Assembly: GCA_963749655.1 (NCBI GenBank)
Contig: CAVVOB010000019.1
Span: 1-64,000 of the forward strand
DNA: 64,000 nucleotides
Source: Nitrospirota bacterium
GTDB taxonomy: Bacteria > Nitrospirota > UBA9217
Reading direction: 5' to 3'
Made by a program: the position numbers and the translations under genes. Position 1 is the first letter of the stretch. The number at the start of each line of letters is the position of its first letter. The notes below the pieces were generated by a model. That model was not told where the DNA came from. It saw only the letters and a program-made list of their open reading frames with translations, and did not search any database. Positions 50,492 to 64,000 of the stretch are shown here, in pieces.

Positions 50492-50562
50492 TCGAACCGG
50501 TACGACAGTTGCCCGTCGAGAGATTTTAAGTCTCTTGCGTCTGCCAATTCCGCCACAGCGGC
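50474..50562 (-). tRNA. tRNA-Leu (anticodon TAA)
   Basis: GCCGCTG acceptor stem; D-arm GCGGAATTGGCAGACGC; anticodon arm AGAGA-CTTAAAA-TCTCT; long variable arm; GTTCGATCC; encoded CCA. Confidence 0.96.
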
Positions 50563-50690
50563 TGATTATTCGGTGATCTGAATATTATAGAAACCGCGTG
50601 GTTTGTCAAGGGGAAATATATTTCCGCAGGTTGAAACGGCGAAAGGGGCGACCGGCAGGGGAAACAGTGTTTCCCTGCCGGTCGTCATGC

Positions 50691-50873
50691 TCATTCCAGG
50701 GAAATAGCGGTGACGGGACAACTGTCCACTGCCTGCTGACAGTCGCAGGTGTCGCAGCCATTGGGATTGGTCACCCATGCCTTGTCATCCCTGAGTTCGA
50801 AAACTTTGGGGCAGAGCTCGGAACAAAGCCCGCAGCCGATGCAAAGATCCATATCCACCTTCGGTAGCGCCAT
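50691..50873 (-). CDS. single-cluster ferredoxin
   Basis: CIGCGLC...CPKVF...CPVTAI. Confidence 0.92.
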   Translation of the reverse strand: MALPKVDMDLCIGCGLCSELCPKVFELRDDKAWVTNPNGCDTCDCQQAVDSCPVTAISLE

Positions 50874-50977
50874 CGTGATCACTCCTTTCTCGGTGTTTTT
50901 TCTCTTTAGTACGTGTAATCATGAAGTGCATGCACAGACAATCTATATCATACAACGGAAAACGTCCATGATGCATA

Positions 50978-52021
50978 TCATACCTTCTGAGGTCCCTGTT
51001 GACTGCTCTTGATCATTTCACTGACCGCATCGGCGACATCCCGGGCAGCTATGGCTTCCATGCATGCATCAGTGGGAGTGCGTTTACAGGTCCGGCTTCT
51101 GCAGGGAACGCAGGGTATCATTCCTGCCTGCACGATGCGGTGGCCGTTTCCAACCGGGCCGGTTCGCGCAGGATCAGCGGCGCCGAAAAGCGCCACTACC
51201 CGTGTACCGACCGCCGTGGCAAGGTGCAGGGGGCCGGTATCGCCGCTTACCAGAACAGTGCATTTCCTGAGGATTGCACCGAGTTGGAGCAGCGTGGCCC
51301 TGCCGGTCAGGACGATGGGCTTGGAACGGGTAAGAGAAAGGATCTCTTCGGCAAGGCCCCCGTCTTCAGGCCCGCCGATGATAAGGATCTGACCTGCAAA
51401 CCGGTCCTGCAGCAGGTCGGCCAGCGAGGCAAACCGGGAGGCTCCCCACCGGTTGACGGCATGACTCGCTCCGGGATTCAGTGCAATAACGGTTTTCCCG
51501 CCCCATCCGTTCTTTGTGAAGAGCTGATCAGCATACTGTTCATCTTCGATGCCCGGGAACAACTCAAGGGTGCGGTCCTGCCCGGCAATGCCGAGCGGGG
51601 AGAGCGTTTGCAGGTAGTTATCGACCACATGCCGCGACGGGTCCTTGTGGTACACGAGGACGCGACAGGGAAGTGCTGCGGTCGCCAGGAGCCACGTCCT
51701 GATGTTGCTTCGCTGAAAATTGACAACGAGATCGAACCGTTCGCGCCGCAGCTGTTGCCACAAGGCGTGCCTCGACGAACAGGACCGGTGCGCTCCCCGG
51801 CGATCGAACACCAGGGTCGCTCCCACATGAGGATTGTGCGAGAACAGGTCCGCCGTGGCGGTGGTGCCTACCAGCACGGTGATGTGCGCGCCGGGATACC
51901 GCCTTGCAAGCGCCCGGATGACGGGAGTCATTTGCAGGAGATCGCCGATGGCGCCCGGTTTGATGATGAGGATCTTCCTGAACGTGTTGTTGGCCATGAG
52001 TTCTGAAATGGGCGTTACCAT
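50978..52021 (-). CDS. glycosyltransferase family 9 (LPS heptosyltransferase, WaaF/RfaQ-like)
   Basis: IIKPGAIGD, ALNPGAS...RW, SGDTGPLHLA, LFG and CVPC motifs. Confidence 0.92.
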   Translation of the reverse strand: MVTPISELMANNTFRKILIIKPGAIGDLLQMTPVIRALARRYPGAHITVLVGTTATADLFSHNPHVGATLVFDRRGAHRSCSSRHALWQQLRRERFDLVVNFQRSNIRTWLLATAALPCRVLVYHKDPSRHVVDNYLQTLSPLGIAGQDRTLELFPGIEDEQYADQLFTKNGWGGKTVIALNPGASHAVNRWGASRFASLADLLQDRFAGQILIIGGPEDGGLAEEILSLTRSKPIVLTGRATLLQLGAILRKCTVLVSGDTGPLHLATAVGTRVVALFGAADPARTGPVGNGHRIVQAGMIPCVPCRSRTCKRTPTDACMEAIAARDVADAVSEMIKSSQQGPQKV

Positions 52022-52303
52022 CGCGGCTTATCGCGGAATGAGCGACTAAAAAATAATGCAGCACTGACGCCTGCAGCGGGACCGGGAACCTCCCTGAAGC
52101 CGGAACAAAAGGGGCGTTCTTTGCCGCTTCACCGGCGTTTTCGAATAGTAGTATAAATCGCCACACGACGCAAGATCAAAAAGAGTGGGGTGAATATGAC
52201 GAAGATATTGTTTTTAAATAAAAGTCTTTACAAAAGGGATGCATTTCAATATTATAGGGAATCCCGACCGGTGAACAGCCATCCGGAGCGGGAAACGAAA
52301 TGT

Positions 52304-53095
52304 ATGAAACCAGCGATACTTCTTGTCTGCACATTGTTGCTCGCGACCCCTGCTGTTTCAGAAGAGCACCCTCAAAAGCTGACAAGCCATAACATAAAGA
52401 CCGTCAACCGCGCTTTTGCTGCCGGCGAAAAGCTGGTTTACATGATCAGCTGGTCCAACATCGTCAACGCGGGAATCGCCACGATGGAGGTCACGGAGGA
52501 AACGACCTCTAATGCCCGGCGGGTCTATCTCCTCCATTCCCAGACCCGGTCTGTGGGCCTGGTCGAAACGTTCTATCCCGTCCGCGATTCCGTCAAGAGC
52601 ACGGTCGACGCGGAGAGCCTCTGCAGCGATTCGTTCATATTGCACGAAAGCCACGGGGGAAGAAAACGGGACCGGGACATGATATTCGATCATGCGACCA
52701 ACACGGTTAAGGTCTCTCTCCGGGGGGACTCGAAGACCTATCCTGTCCCGGAATGCGTTCAGGACGCCCTTTCCTCCCTCTACTATGTCCGGACACGGCA
52801 GGACTTTACGGCGGGCGCACCGATCGTGGTGGATGTTCATGACAGCGATAAAACATGGGCCGTAGAAGTACAAACAATCGGGAAGGAACATATTGTCACG
52901 CCGGCAGGGGCCTTTGATACCATTAAAATCAAGACCCATCCGAAATATGAAGGGGTTTTTATGAATAAAGGTGAAATTTACATCTGGCTGACCGACGACG
53001 TGCGGAAAATTCCCGTGCTCATGAAGAGCAAGCTTTCTATCGGGTCCATTGTCGCTACTCTCACTGAAATGCAAGAAGGTGTCCCGAAACCATGA
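52304..53095 (+). CDS. DUF3108 domain exported protein
   Basis: Signal peptide; FAAGEKLVY, DALSSLYYVR, TPAGAFDT and IWLTDD.RKIPV motifs. Confidence 0.85.
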   Translation: MKPAILLVCTLLLATPAVSEEHPQKLTSHNIKTVNRAFAAGEKLVYMISWSNIVNAGIATMEVTEETTSNARRVYLLHSQTRSVGLVETFYPVRDSVKSTVDAESLCSDSFILHESHGGRKRDRDMIFDHATNTVKVSLRGDSKTYPVPECVQDALSSLYYVRTRQDFTAGAPIVVDVHDSDKTWAVEVQTIGKEHIVTPAGAFDTIKIKTHPKYEGVFMNKGEIYIWLTDDVRKIPVLMKSKLSIGSIVATLTEMQEGVPKP

Positions 53096-54087
53096 TTACA
53101 GCAAAAGAACGGAAAAAGTTATCATCCTACATCAGCCGGTTCCCGTCGGTCCGTATTCTGGTCGTCGGGGACATCGTCCTCGACCATTACATCTGGGGGA
53201 AGGTATCCCGCATTTCGCCGGAAGCGCCCGTGCCCGTGGTGAACGTCACCCGGGAAAGCCTGCTGCTCGGCGGCGCGACGAACGTCGTGCAGAACATCCA
53301 TGCGCTGCGCGGATCGGTCGGCATCTGCGGCGTGATCGGCCGTGATGAGGCGGGCGGCAATGTGCTGCAACTGCTTCGCCGCCAGGGGATCCCCACCGAC
53401 GGGCTCGTCATGGACGACAGCAGGCCGACGACCGTCAAAACGCGCGTCATCGCCCACAGCCAGCAGGTTGTCCGTTTCGACCGCGAAACCAAGGACCGCA
53501 TCGGGAAAGACGTCCACCGCCGCATATTCGAGCACGTCAAGGAACGCATTGCTAACGGACTGGACGCCATCGTAATATCGGATTACTGCAAGGGAGTGGT
53601 GACCGCCGAGCTGGTCCGGGACATCGTCCGCCTTGCACGGAGAAACAAGATCATCGTTTCCGTGGATCCCAAGGTCAGCCACTTCGGCATGTACCGGGGA
53701 GTAACGGTCCTTACGCCGAACGCGAACGAAGCGTCCATCGGGTCCGACATCTCCATCGGGGATGAGGATTCGCTGCTTCGCGCAGGGGGCCTGCTCCTCA
53801 AACGCCTCCAGTGTCCCGCTGTTCTGATCACCCGCGGCGAGCAGGGAATGAGCCTGTTCGAACACGGGAGCAAGGTCACCCACATTCCGACGGTGGCCCG
53901 TCAGGTATTCGACGTGACCGGCGCCGGCGATACGGTCATCGGCACGCTCACGCTCGCCATGGCGGCAGGCGCCAGCATGGTCGATGCGGCCAGGATCTCG
54001 AACTACGCAGCCGGGATCGTTGTGGGGATCGTCGGCACGGCAACGGTCAAGCCCGATGAATTGAAGCAGCAGATAGAATCCGCATAG
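53092..54087 (+). CDS. rfaE1: D-glycero-beta-D-manno-heptose-7-phosphate kinase (HldE kinase domain)
   Basis: VVGDIVLD, RISPEAPVPV, SDYCKG, VDPK, TPN, TRGEQGM and DVTGAGDT motifs. Confidence 0.93.
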   Translation: MITAKERKKLSSYISRFPSVRILVVGDIVLDHYIWGKVSRISPEAPVPVVNVTRESLLLGGATNVVQNIHALRGSVGICGVIGRDEAGGNVLQLLRRQGIPTDGLVMDDSRPTTVKTRVIAHSQQVVRFDRETKDRIGKDVHRRIFEHVKERIANGLDAIVISDYCKGVVTAELVRDIVRLARRNKIIVSVDPKVSHFGMYRGVTVLTPNANEASIGSDISIGDEDSLLRAGGLLLKRLQCPAVLITRGEQGMSLFEHGSKVTHIPTVARQVFDVTGAGDTVIGTLTLAMAAGASMVDAARISNYAAGIVVGIVGTATVKPDELKQQIESA

Positions 54088-54210
54088 CCGTTTCCTCACG
54101 GAACTTGCGATTTCCGGCGCACCGGCCCGGTTCGACATCTCTTGCGCGGGGCCTGTCCGGTAAATCATCACGACAAGCAGGTCGCCACTTCCTTATTTAG
54201 GAGCACGATT

Positions 54211-55104
54211 GTGAAAGGCATTATCCTGGCAGGCGGCAGCGGAACCCGTCTCTACCCCATAACACGCGGTGTTTGCAAGCAGCTGCTGCCGATCTATGAC
54301 AAGCCCATGATCTATTACCCGCTGTCGGTGCTCATGCTCTCCGGCATCCGGGACATCCTGATCATCTCCACGCCCATGGACCTTCCGCGGTTCAAGGACA
54401 TCTTCGGCGACGGCTCCGACCTGGGACTTGCCTTTTCCTATTGCGAACAGCCGCACCCGCGCGGTCTTGCCGACGCCTTCATCATCGGACGCGATTTCAT
54501 CGGGAACGATTCCGTCTGTCTCGTCCTGGGCGACAATATATTCTTCGGCCAGGGCTTGACCGGGCTGCTGAACAAGGCCGTCGGAGACATTGCCGCAGCG
54601 GGCGGCGCCACGGTCTTCGGCTATTACGTGAAGGACCCTGAGCGCTACGGCATTCTCGAGTTCGACGCGAAGGGAAATGTCCTCTCGGTGGAGGAAAAAC
54701 CCCGCGCGCCGAAATCCAGGTACGCCGTCACCGGGCTCTATTTCTACGACAACAACGTGGTCGAGATCGCCCGAAGCATAAAGCCGTCGGCGCGGGGCGA
54801 ACTGGAAATTACCGACGTGAACAATGCCTACCTGGCGAAGCGGCAGCTCCGCGTCGAGCTCATGGGCAGGGGCTATGCCTGGCTCGATACGGGGACCCAT
54901 GAAAGCCTGCTCGAAGCGGGCGAATTCATCGCCACCATCGAGAAACGGCAGGGGCTCAAACTGGCGTGCATAGAAGAGATCGCCTACAAGCTCGGCTATA
55001 TCGACCGGGAAAAACTGCTCAAGGCCGCCGTTTCCCACAGCAAGAACGCATACGGAGACTATTTGAAGATGGTTGCGGAGCAGGAGGTGCCGAGTGCCCT
55101 TTGA
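54211..55104 (+). CDS. rfbA: glucose-1-phosphate thymidylyltransferase
   Basis: [40 protein letters not shown] and WLDTGT motifs. Confidence 0.96.
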   Translation: MKGIILAGGSGTRLYPITRGVCKQLLPIYDKPMIYYPLSVLMLSGIRDILIISTPMDLPRFKDIFGDGSDLGLAFSYCEQPHPRGLADAFIIGRDFIGNDSVCLVLGDNIFFGQGLTGLLNKAVGDIAAAGGATVFGYYVKDPERYGILEFDAKGNVLSVEEKPRAPKSRYAVTGLYFYDNNVVEIARSIKPSARGELEITDVNNAYLAKRQLRVELMGRGYAWLDTGTHESLLEAGEFIATIEKRQGLKLACIEEIAYKLGYIDREKLLKAAVSHSKNAYGDYLKMVAEQEVPSAL

Positions 55105-55662
55105 GTTCAGCACTCTTGAAATCCCCGGCCCCGTCCTGGTCCGTCCCCGGGTGTTCAACGACAGCCGGGGGTCTTTCCTCGAGCTGTACAAGCGTACGGA
55201 CTTCGTGAACGCGGGGATCAGGGAACATCTTGTTCAGGACAACTACTCGAAGTCGTTCAAGGGCGTGCTGCGGGGGCTCCATTATCAGAAAGCCCCCCGG
55301 GCCCAGGGCAAGCTGGTCCTGTGCCTGAAGGGAGCCATTTACGATGTTGCCGTGGATATCCGCAAGGGCTCCCCCCATTTCGGGAAATGGGTCTCCCAGG
55401 AGCTCACCGAAGAGAACAGGCACATGCTCTACCTGCCTGCCGGGTTTCGCCCACGGCTTCCAGGTCCTGAGCGAGACGGCGGAAGTCCTGTACAAATGCA
55501 CGGATGAATACTCTCCCGCTGAAGACCGGGGGATCATCTGGAACGATCCCGATATTGCGGTCACCTGGCCGCTATCGAAACCGGTCCTCTCGGACAAGGA
55601 CGGGGCCCTTCCGCGGCTGAAGGATGCCGACAATAAACTTCACGATTGCGGACCTCCCATGA
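55094..55662 (+). CDS. rfbC: dTDP-4-dehydrorhamnose 3,5-epimerase (frameshifted in this assembly)
   Basis: [19 protein letters not shown] and DVAVDIR, then GFAHGF...WNDPDI in another frame. Confidence 0.9.
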
Positions 55663-56514
55663 AGTTTCTCATAACAGGGAAAAACGGCCAGCTGGCTCAA
55701 TCGTTCATCAGGCGGTTCGAGGAGCGCTCGTACGAGTTCAGCGCGCCCGGCGAAGACCGGCTCGACATTACGGACCCCGCTGCAGTCAATGAGGCCGTAA
55801 GCGCGTTGAAGCCCGATGTCATCATCAACTGCGCGGCCTACAACCTCGTGGACAAAGCGGAACAAGACCGCGATGCCGTCATCCGGGTAAACGCGACGGG
55901 CCCGAAAAACCTCGCGCAGGCTGCACTTGAACAAAAGGCGTTCCTCGTGCATTTCGGATCGGATTATGTGTTCGACGGGTCCAAGGAGAACGGCTTGTAT
56001 ACCGAAGACGACCCGACGAATCCGCTGAACGTCTACGGACGGAGCAAACTGGACGGAGAACAGCACGTCCTGGACAGCCTCGACCGGAGCCTGGTCTTCC
56101 GGCTGAGCTGGGTCTTCGGCAGGGGAAAACAAAATTTCATCCACAAGCTCATCGAATGGGCCGGGAGCAGCGAATACCTCAAGATCGCCTGCGATGAATT
56201 CTCGGTGCCGACGTCAACCGAAACGGTCGTTGACGTTGCGCTCCAGGCCCTGGACCAGGGCCTGACCGGACGGTACCATCTCACGAACAGCGGCTACTGC
56301 TCGCGGTACGAATGGGCAAAATTCATCCTTGCGGCGCTCGGCATCCGTAAATTCGTCAGGCCCGTGTCCATGGACTCCTTTCAGCTTCCGGCACGGCGGC
56401 CGAAATTCTCGGCCATGAGCAACGAAAGGATCCGCAGGACGCTGGGCATGCGCCGTTCCGGGGTGGGAAGAGGCCGTGGGATCATTCCTGCGGGAGGAAA
56501 ACATCAGCGTATGA
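55659..56514 (+). CDS. rfbD: dTDP-4-dehydrorhamnose reductase (3' indel in this assembly)
   Basis: [34 protein letters not shown] and ARRPKFS motifs. Confidence 0.9.
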
Positions 56515-57672
56515 ACACCGGGGGAAATGAAGCAACAGCAGGGGATCTCAGGAAGGCAAACATCCTGGTGACCGGCGGCGCCGGCTTTATCGGGTCCAAT
56601 TTCATCCGGTACGCATTCAGCAAAAGCGGGTTCGCCGGCACGATCGTGAATTACGACAAGTTGACCTACGCCGGAAACCTGTTCAGCCTGGAGGATATCG
56701 AGCGGAAATATGGAAACGACCGCTACCTGTTCGAACGGGGCGACATCAAGGATTATGAACAGGTCGGCAGGGTCATTGCCGACAACGGCATCAGCATGAT
56801 CGTCCACTTCGCCGCGGAAAGCCATGTCGACCGGTCGATCTTCGGCCCCAAGGAATTCATCGAGACCAACATCAACGGCACCTTCAGCCTGCTCGAAGCG
56901 GCGCGCAGGGCCTGGAACGGACGAACGGACGTGCGGTTCCATCACATCAGCACCGACGAGGTCTACGGATCTCTCGGCGACACCGGTTCGTTTCTTGAAA
57001 CGACGCCCTATGACCCGCGCAGCCCCTACTCCGCGTCGAAGGCATCCTCGGACCATCTGGTTCGGGCCTATTTTCACACCTACGGGCTGCCGGTGACGAT
57101 CTCCAATTGCTCGAACAATTACGGGCCCTATCAGTTCCCGGAAAAGCTGATCCCGCTTATCCTGCTGAACGCCCTGGAAGGCAAACCGCTGCCGGTTTAC
57201 GGAGACGGAAAAAACGTCCGGGACTGGCTTTACGTCGACGACCATTGCGAAGCGATCTGGACGATCCTGGAAAAGGGGACGTCCGGGGAGACCTACAATA
57301 TCGGCGGAGAGTGCGAAAAGCAGAATGTCGAGGTGGTGAACGAAATTTGCGACGTTCTGGAGGAGCTGTATCCTCTTGCCCGAAATTCCCTCATTCCGCA
57401 ATCCGCAATCCGCAATCCGCAATTATAAAGATCTCATCACCTACGTCGGCGACCGGCCGGGTCATGACCGGCGGTATGCGATCAACTGCGACAAGATCAA
57501 ACACGCGCTCGGCTGGACGCAGCGCCATGACTTCACCGGCGGGCTCAGGGAGACCGTTTCGTGGTACCTGAACAACGATGTCTGGGTGAAAAGCGTCAGG
57601 AGCGGAGAATACGCGAAGTGGATCGATAAAAACTACGCCGCGAGAGCGGCCGGCAAGAAGGAGACTGCATGA
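56511..57672 (+). CDS. rfbB: dTDP-glucose 4,6-dehydratase, frameshifted at a heptamer repeat
   Basis: [37 protein letters not shown] and YSASK; C-terminal [10 protein letters not shown] in another frame. Confidence 0.93.
57393..57420 (+). repeat. tandem heptamer repeat A(T/A)TCCGC x4 inside rfbB
   Basis: ATTCCGC AATCCGC AATCCGC AATCCGC followed by AAT. Confidence 0.9.
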
Positions 57673-59001
57673 AAATATCAGTAATCGGAACCGGTTATGT
57701 CGGGCTGGTCACCGGCACCTGCCTTGCCGAGAGCGGCAACGACGTCATCTGTATGGACATCGACAGCGAGAAGATCGACAGGCTCAATTCCGGCATCGTG
57801 CCGATCTACGAGCCGGGGCTGGAGGAACTGATCAAACGGAACGTTTCCCACGGCCGTTTGTTCTTCACCACCGACATGGCAAAGGCCGTGAAGAGCGCCG
57901 ACATCATCTTCATCGCCGTCGGGACGCCTCCGGGCGAGGACGGCTCGGCGGACCTCAAATACGTGCTCGGCGCGGCCCGCGAGATCGGCGCCTCGATGAA
58001 CGGCTACAAGGTCATCATCAACAAGAGCACCGTCCCCGTGGGCACGGCGGACAAGGTACGAGCGGCCATCGCGGCGAAGACCCACATGTCTTTCGATGTC
58101 GTCTCCAATCCCGAGTTCCTGAAGGAAGGGGCCGCGATCGAGGACTTCATGAAACCCGACCGCGTGGTCATCGGCGCCGACAGCACCCGGGCCGCGGAGC
58201 TGATGCAGGACCTCTATGCGCCCTTTGTGCGCACGGGCAAACCGATCCTGCTCATGGACATCCGGAGCGCGGAAATGACCAAGTACGCATCCAATGCCAT
58301 GCTCGCGACCAAGATCTCCTTCATCAACGAAATGGCGGTCATCTGCGCGGGGCTCGGCGCCGACATCGACCACGTCCGCAAGGGTATGGGCTTCGACCGA
58401 CGCATCGGATTCGAGTTCCTCTTTCCGGGCGTCGGCTACGGCGGGTCCTGTTTTCCCAAGGACGTCAAGGCCCTCGTGCAGACCGCGAAGGAGCACGGCG
58501 TGGATGCCAGCGTGCTCAAGGCCGTGGAGGCGGTGAACGAACGCCAGAAAAACCTGCTGTCCCGGATGCTGCTTCGCCACTTCTCGGTCCACGGACCGAA
58601 GAAGAGCCCCGGCGCGAAAAAACCGCTCGCCGGCAAAACGATCGCCCTCTGGGGCCTTTCGTTCAAACCCCGCACCGACGACATGCGCGAGGCGCCGTCC
58701 GTCGTCATCATCAACAGCCTTCTTCGCGCGGGCGCTGCCGTCCGGGCGCACGATCCCGTCGCCATGGAAGAGGCCCGCAAGATTTTTAAAAACCGGATCG
58801 ACTACGCCGAAGATTCGTATGAAGCGCTGGGGAGCCGATGCGCTTGCCGTCGTGACCGAGTGGAACGAGTTCCGCACGCCGGACTTCCAGAAAATGAAGA
58901 AGCTGATGAACAAACCGGTCATCTTCGACGGAAGAAACATCTACAACCAGGAAGAACTCAGGAAAATGGGATTCACGTATTACGGCATCGGGAGAAAATA
59001 A
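57669..59001 (+). CDS. ugd: UDP-glucose 6-dehydrogenase (3' frameshift in this assembly)
   Basis: [32 protein letters not shown] and [10 protein letters not shown]; tail TEWNEF...FDGRN in another frame. Confidence 0.93.
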
Positions 59002-59007
59002 CGGAAA

Positions 59008-60045
<1,038 letters not shown>

Positions 60046-60060
60046 CGAACCGGATCATTT

Positions 60061-60361
60061 TTATCCGCAGATTACGCAGATGGACGCAGATTGTACTACA
60101 AGAAAGAGAACCTTGACACTGATCAAGGCGGATTTAATTATGAAGAACCATGATATGTTCGTAGTAAGTCCTAAGCCGTCTTTGCGAGCGTAGCGAAGCA
60201 ATCTCGTAGTTTCTCCTGGCTGATACATCGCGATTGCCGCATCGCTCCGCTCCTCGCAATGACGGCACTGGAGGCTTTTTACGAATGCATCAACCAGGAT
60301 ACTGTTTTGCTGTATCAGCTTTTATCATCGCCTTTGTCCGATGTTATCCGTGTCAAAGGTT
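60061..60361. repeat. nested palindromic/MITE-like elements
   Basis: CGCAGAT triplet (60066-60092); outer IR 60109-60123/60346-60361; MITE 60152-60291 with TSD AACCAT/AACCAG; inner palindrome 60175-60266. Confidence 0.7.
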
Positions 60362-60393
60362 TTTATAATTTAGCTGTTGTCAGAGTCAACCCT

Positions 60394-61150
60394 ATGAAAA
60401 CAAACCAAACATCATCGCCGTCATCCCGGCCCGCTACGGTTCGACCCGGTTTCCCGGAAAATCGCTTGCCCTGATCCAGGGACAAACCCATGATCCAGTG
60501 GGTCTACGAGCGCACGAAGCGATCGCAGCTGGTCGACCGGGTCCTGGTGGCCACCGACGACGACCGCATCATGCGGGCCGTGGCCGCCTTCGGCGGAGAG
60601 GCCGTCATGACCTCGACGGACCACCCCACGGGCACCGACCGCATCGCCGAGGTCGCCCGGGGGCTGGACTGCGGCATCGTCGTGAATGTGCAGGGCGATG
60701 AACCGCTGATCGAGCCCGCCATGATCGACGAGGCGATCGCTCCGCTGGCCGAGCGATCCCGCCATCCCCATGGGCACGGTCTGCAGGAGAATCGAGCGGC
60801 CGCGACGAGGCCTTCGATCCCAACGTGGTCAAGGTGGTTCTCGACGAACAGAGGGTTTGCGCTCTATGTTCTCCCGCGCGCCCATCCCCTGGGACCGCGA
60901 CGCCTGGGCGGGCAAAGCGGTCTCTGTGACGAGCTGCCCCTGACGACGGCGCTGTACAAACATATCGGCCTCTATGTGTATCGCCGGGAGTTCCTGCTGC
61001 GCTATGCCGGGCCTGCCCCAGACGCCGCTCGAAGCGGCTGAAAAGCTGGAACAGCTCCGCGCGCTCGGAAACACGGGCATCGGATCAGGGTTAGTCGATC
61101 ACCGAAGCACGAATCCTTTGGTGTTGACATCCCGGGGGATTTGAGGTAAA
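60394..61150 (+). CDS. kdsB: 3-deoxy-manno-octulosonate cytidylyltransferase (multiple indels)
   Basis: [50 protein letters not shown] and GVD spread over several frames; end approximate. Confidence 0.88.
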
Positions 61151-61189
61151 ATACTGAATCGTCTGAGAAGAGAAGAGAGCTCAGGAATA

Positions 61190-62856
<1,667 letters not shown>

Positions 62857-62860
<4 letters not shown>

Positions 62861-63690
62861 TGCGCACAGGTCCAGGTATCAGGGACATCAACGATCGGCG
62901 GCAACAATCTTCCCTTCGTGCTGATCGCCGGGCCCTGCGTCATCGAGTCCGAAGGCGCCACCCTCGAAGCCGCGGCACGGCTCAAGCGAGATCACGACCG
63001 GACCTCGGCATCCCGTTCATCTTTAAGTCATCGTACGACAAGGCCAACCGCAGTTCGGCCCAGTCCTATCGGGGACCGGGGCTGAAGGAGGGACTGCGCA
63101 TCCTCGGCCGCGTGGCGAAAGAACTCGATCTGCCCCTGCTCTCCGACGTGCACCGCTTCGAGGAGATCGGGCCGGCGGCCGAGGTCCTGGACATCCTGCA
63201 GATACCGGCATTTCTCTGCCGGCAGACCGACTTTCGTCATGGACGTTGCGCGGACCAACAGGGTCGTGAACATCAAGAAAGGGCAGTTCCTCGCGCCCTG
63301 GGACATCAAGAACGCCGTCGACAAAGTGGCCTCCGACGGGCAATGAAAAGATCCTCATCACCGAACGGGGAGTGTCGTTCGGGTACAATAATCTGTCGCC
63401 GACATGCGCGCCCTGCCGATCATGCGCGAGTCTCGGCTATCCGGTCGTATTCGACGCCACCCATTCGGTGCAGCTCCCCGGAGCCGGCGGAACGGCGTCA
63501 TCAGGCGACCGGCAGTTCGTTCCGCATCTGACGCGGGCGGCCGTGGCCGTCGGCATCGACGCACTGTTCATGGAGGTGCACGCCTGCCCGGACAAGGCGC
63601 TCTGTGACGGACCGAACATGCTGAGCCTTGACGAGCTCCCGGCGCTTCTTGAAACAGGCGCAGCAGATAGACAGGATCGTAAAATGACGA
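62857..63690 (+). CDS. kdsA: KDO 8-phosphate synthase (multiple indels)
   Basis: [42 protein letters not shown] and FMEVH...ALCDGP motifs; end approximate. Confidence 0.92.
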
Positions 63691-64000
63691 TCGAACAGGC
63701 AAAACGAGTGCTCAGGATCGAAGCAGATGCCGTGGCGGCGTTGATCGACCGGATCGATGCGACCTTCGAGCAGGCCGTTGATATGGTGCTGAACAGCAAA
63801 GGCCGCGTGGTCGTCACCGGCATGGGCAAGTCGGGCTGATCGGGAAGAAGATCGCCGCCACGCTGGCCTCCACGGGCACGCCGGCGCTGTTCCTGCATCC
63901 CGCCGAAGGCATCCACGGCGACCTCGGCATGGTCATGCGGGGCGATGTGGTGATCGCGCTGTCGAACAGCGGAGAGACCGAGGAAATCGCCCGCATGCTG
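63684..64000 (+). CDS. kdsD: arabinose-5-phosphate isomerase (KpsF/GutQ), truncated by window end
   Basis: [39 protein letters not shown] and SNSGET motifs. Confidence 0.9.

Noticed and set aside
55344-57428. 694-aa RfbC-RfbD-RfbB fusion ORF
   Set aside because: ATGA start/stop overlaps at 55659 and 56511 mark normal gene boundaries; indels near each 3' end create the read-through.
43775-58940. Long antisense ORFs such as 43775-44881, 50999-52006, 53122-54171, 54193-55191 and 57678-58940
   Set aside because: Shadow ORFs opposite well-supported genes in GC-rich sequence, with no recognisable motifs.

Overview
Bacterial chromosomal window, most consistent with an anaerobic or microaerophilic Gram-negative lineage such as Nitrospirota or Desulfobacterota. 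This is inferred from the PpcA/c7-type cytochromes, a DsrC/TusE-like protein, two-CW domains and the repeat families. From left to right: (1) the end of an AT-richer surface-polysaccharide locus (B12 radical SAM, KpsS-like protein, GT9); (2) a PBP1A / HAMP-GGDEF / TPR-lipoprotein cluster; (3) housekeeping genes cobO, phoH, 7TM-HD, ybeY, dgkA and accA; (4) a ~35 kb accessory region rich in signalling and redox genes, with an intact ISL3, four paralogous atypical REC-PilZ genes, PAS/HisKA and hybrid kinases, a REC-GGDEF, three c7-type cytochromes, fba and an rve-type IS nested at the tip of a MITE, ending at tRNA-Leu(TAA) with tRNA-linked repeats; (5) an LPS/nucleotide-sugar operon (hldE-like kinase, rfbACDB, ugd, uxs, kdsB, pyrG, kdsA, kdsD). 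From ~55.4 kb onward nearly every gene, including essential ones, is broken by single-base indels, which most likely reflects a low-quality assembly end. The best leads are the pseudo-receiver/PilZ paralog family and the PBP1A-linked, QseEG-like diguanylate cyclase module. Further leads are the nested MITE/IS architecture, a 29-bp motif abutting two sigma70 promoters, and a heptamer repeat whose copy number switches rfbB in or out of frame. No CRISPR array or rRNA was seen. All family assignments are from motif recognition by eye; no database search was run.
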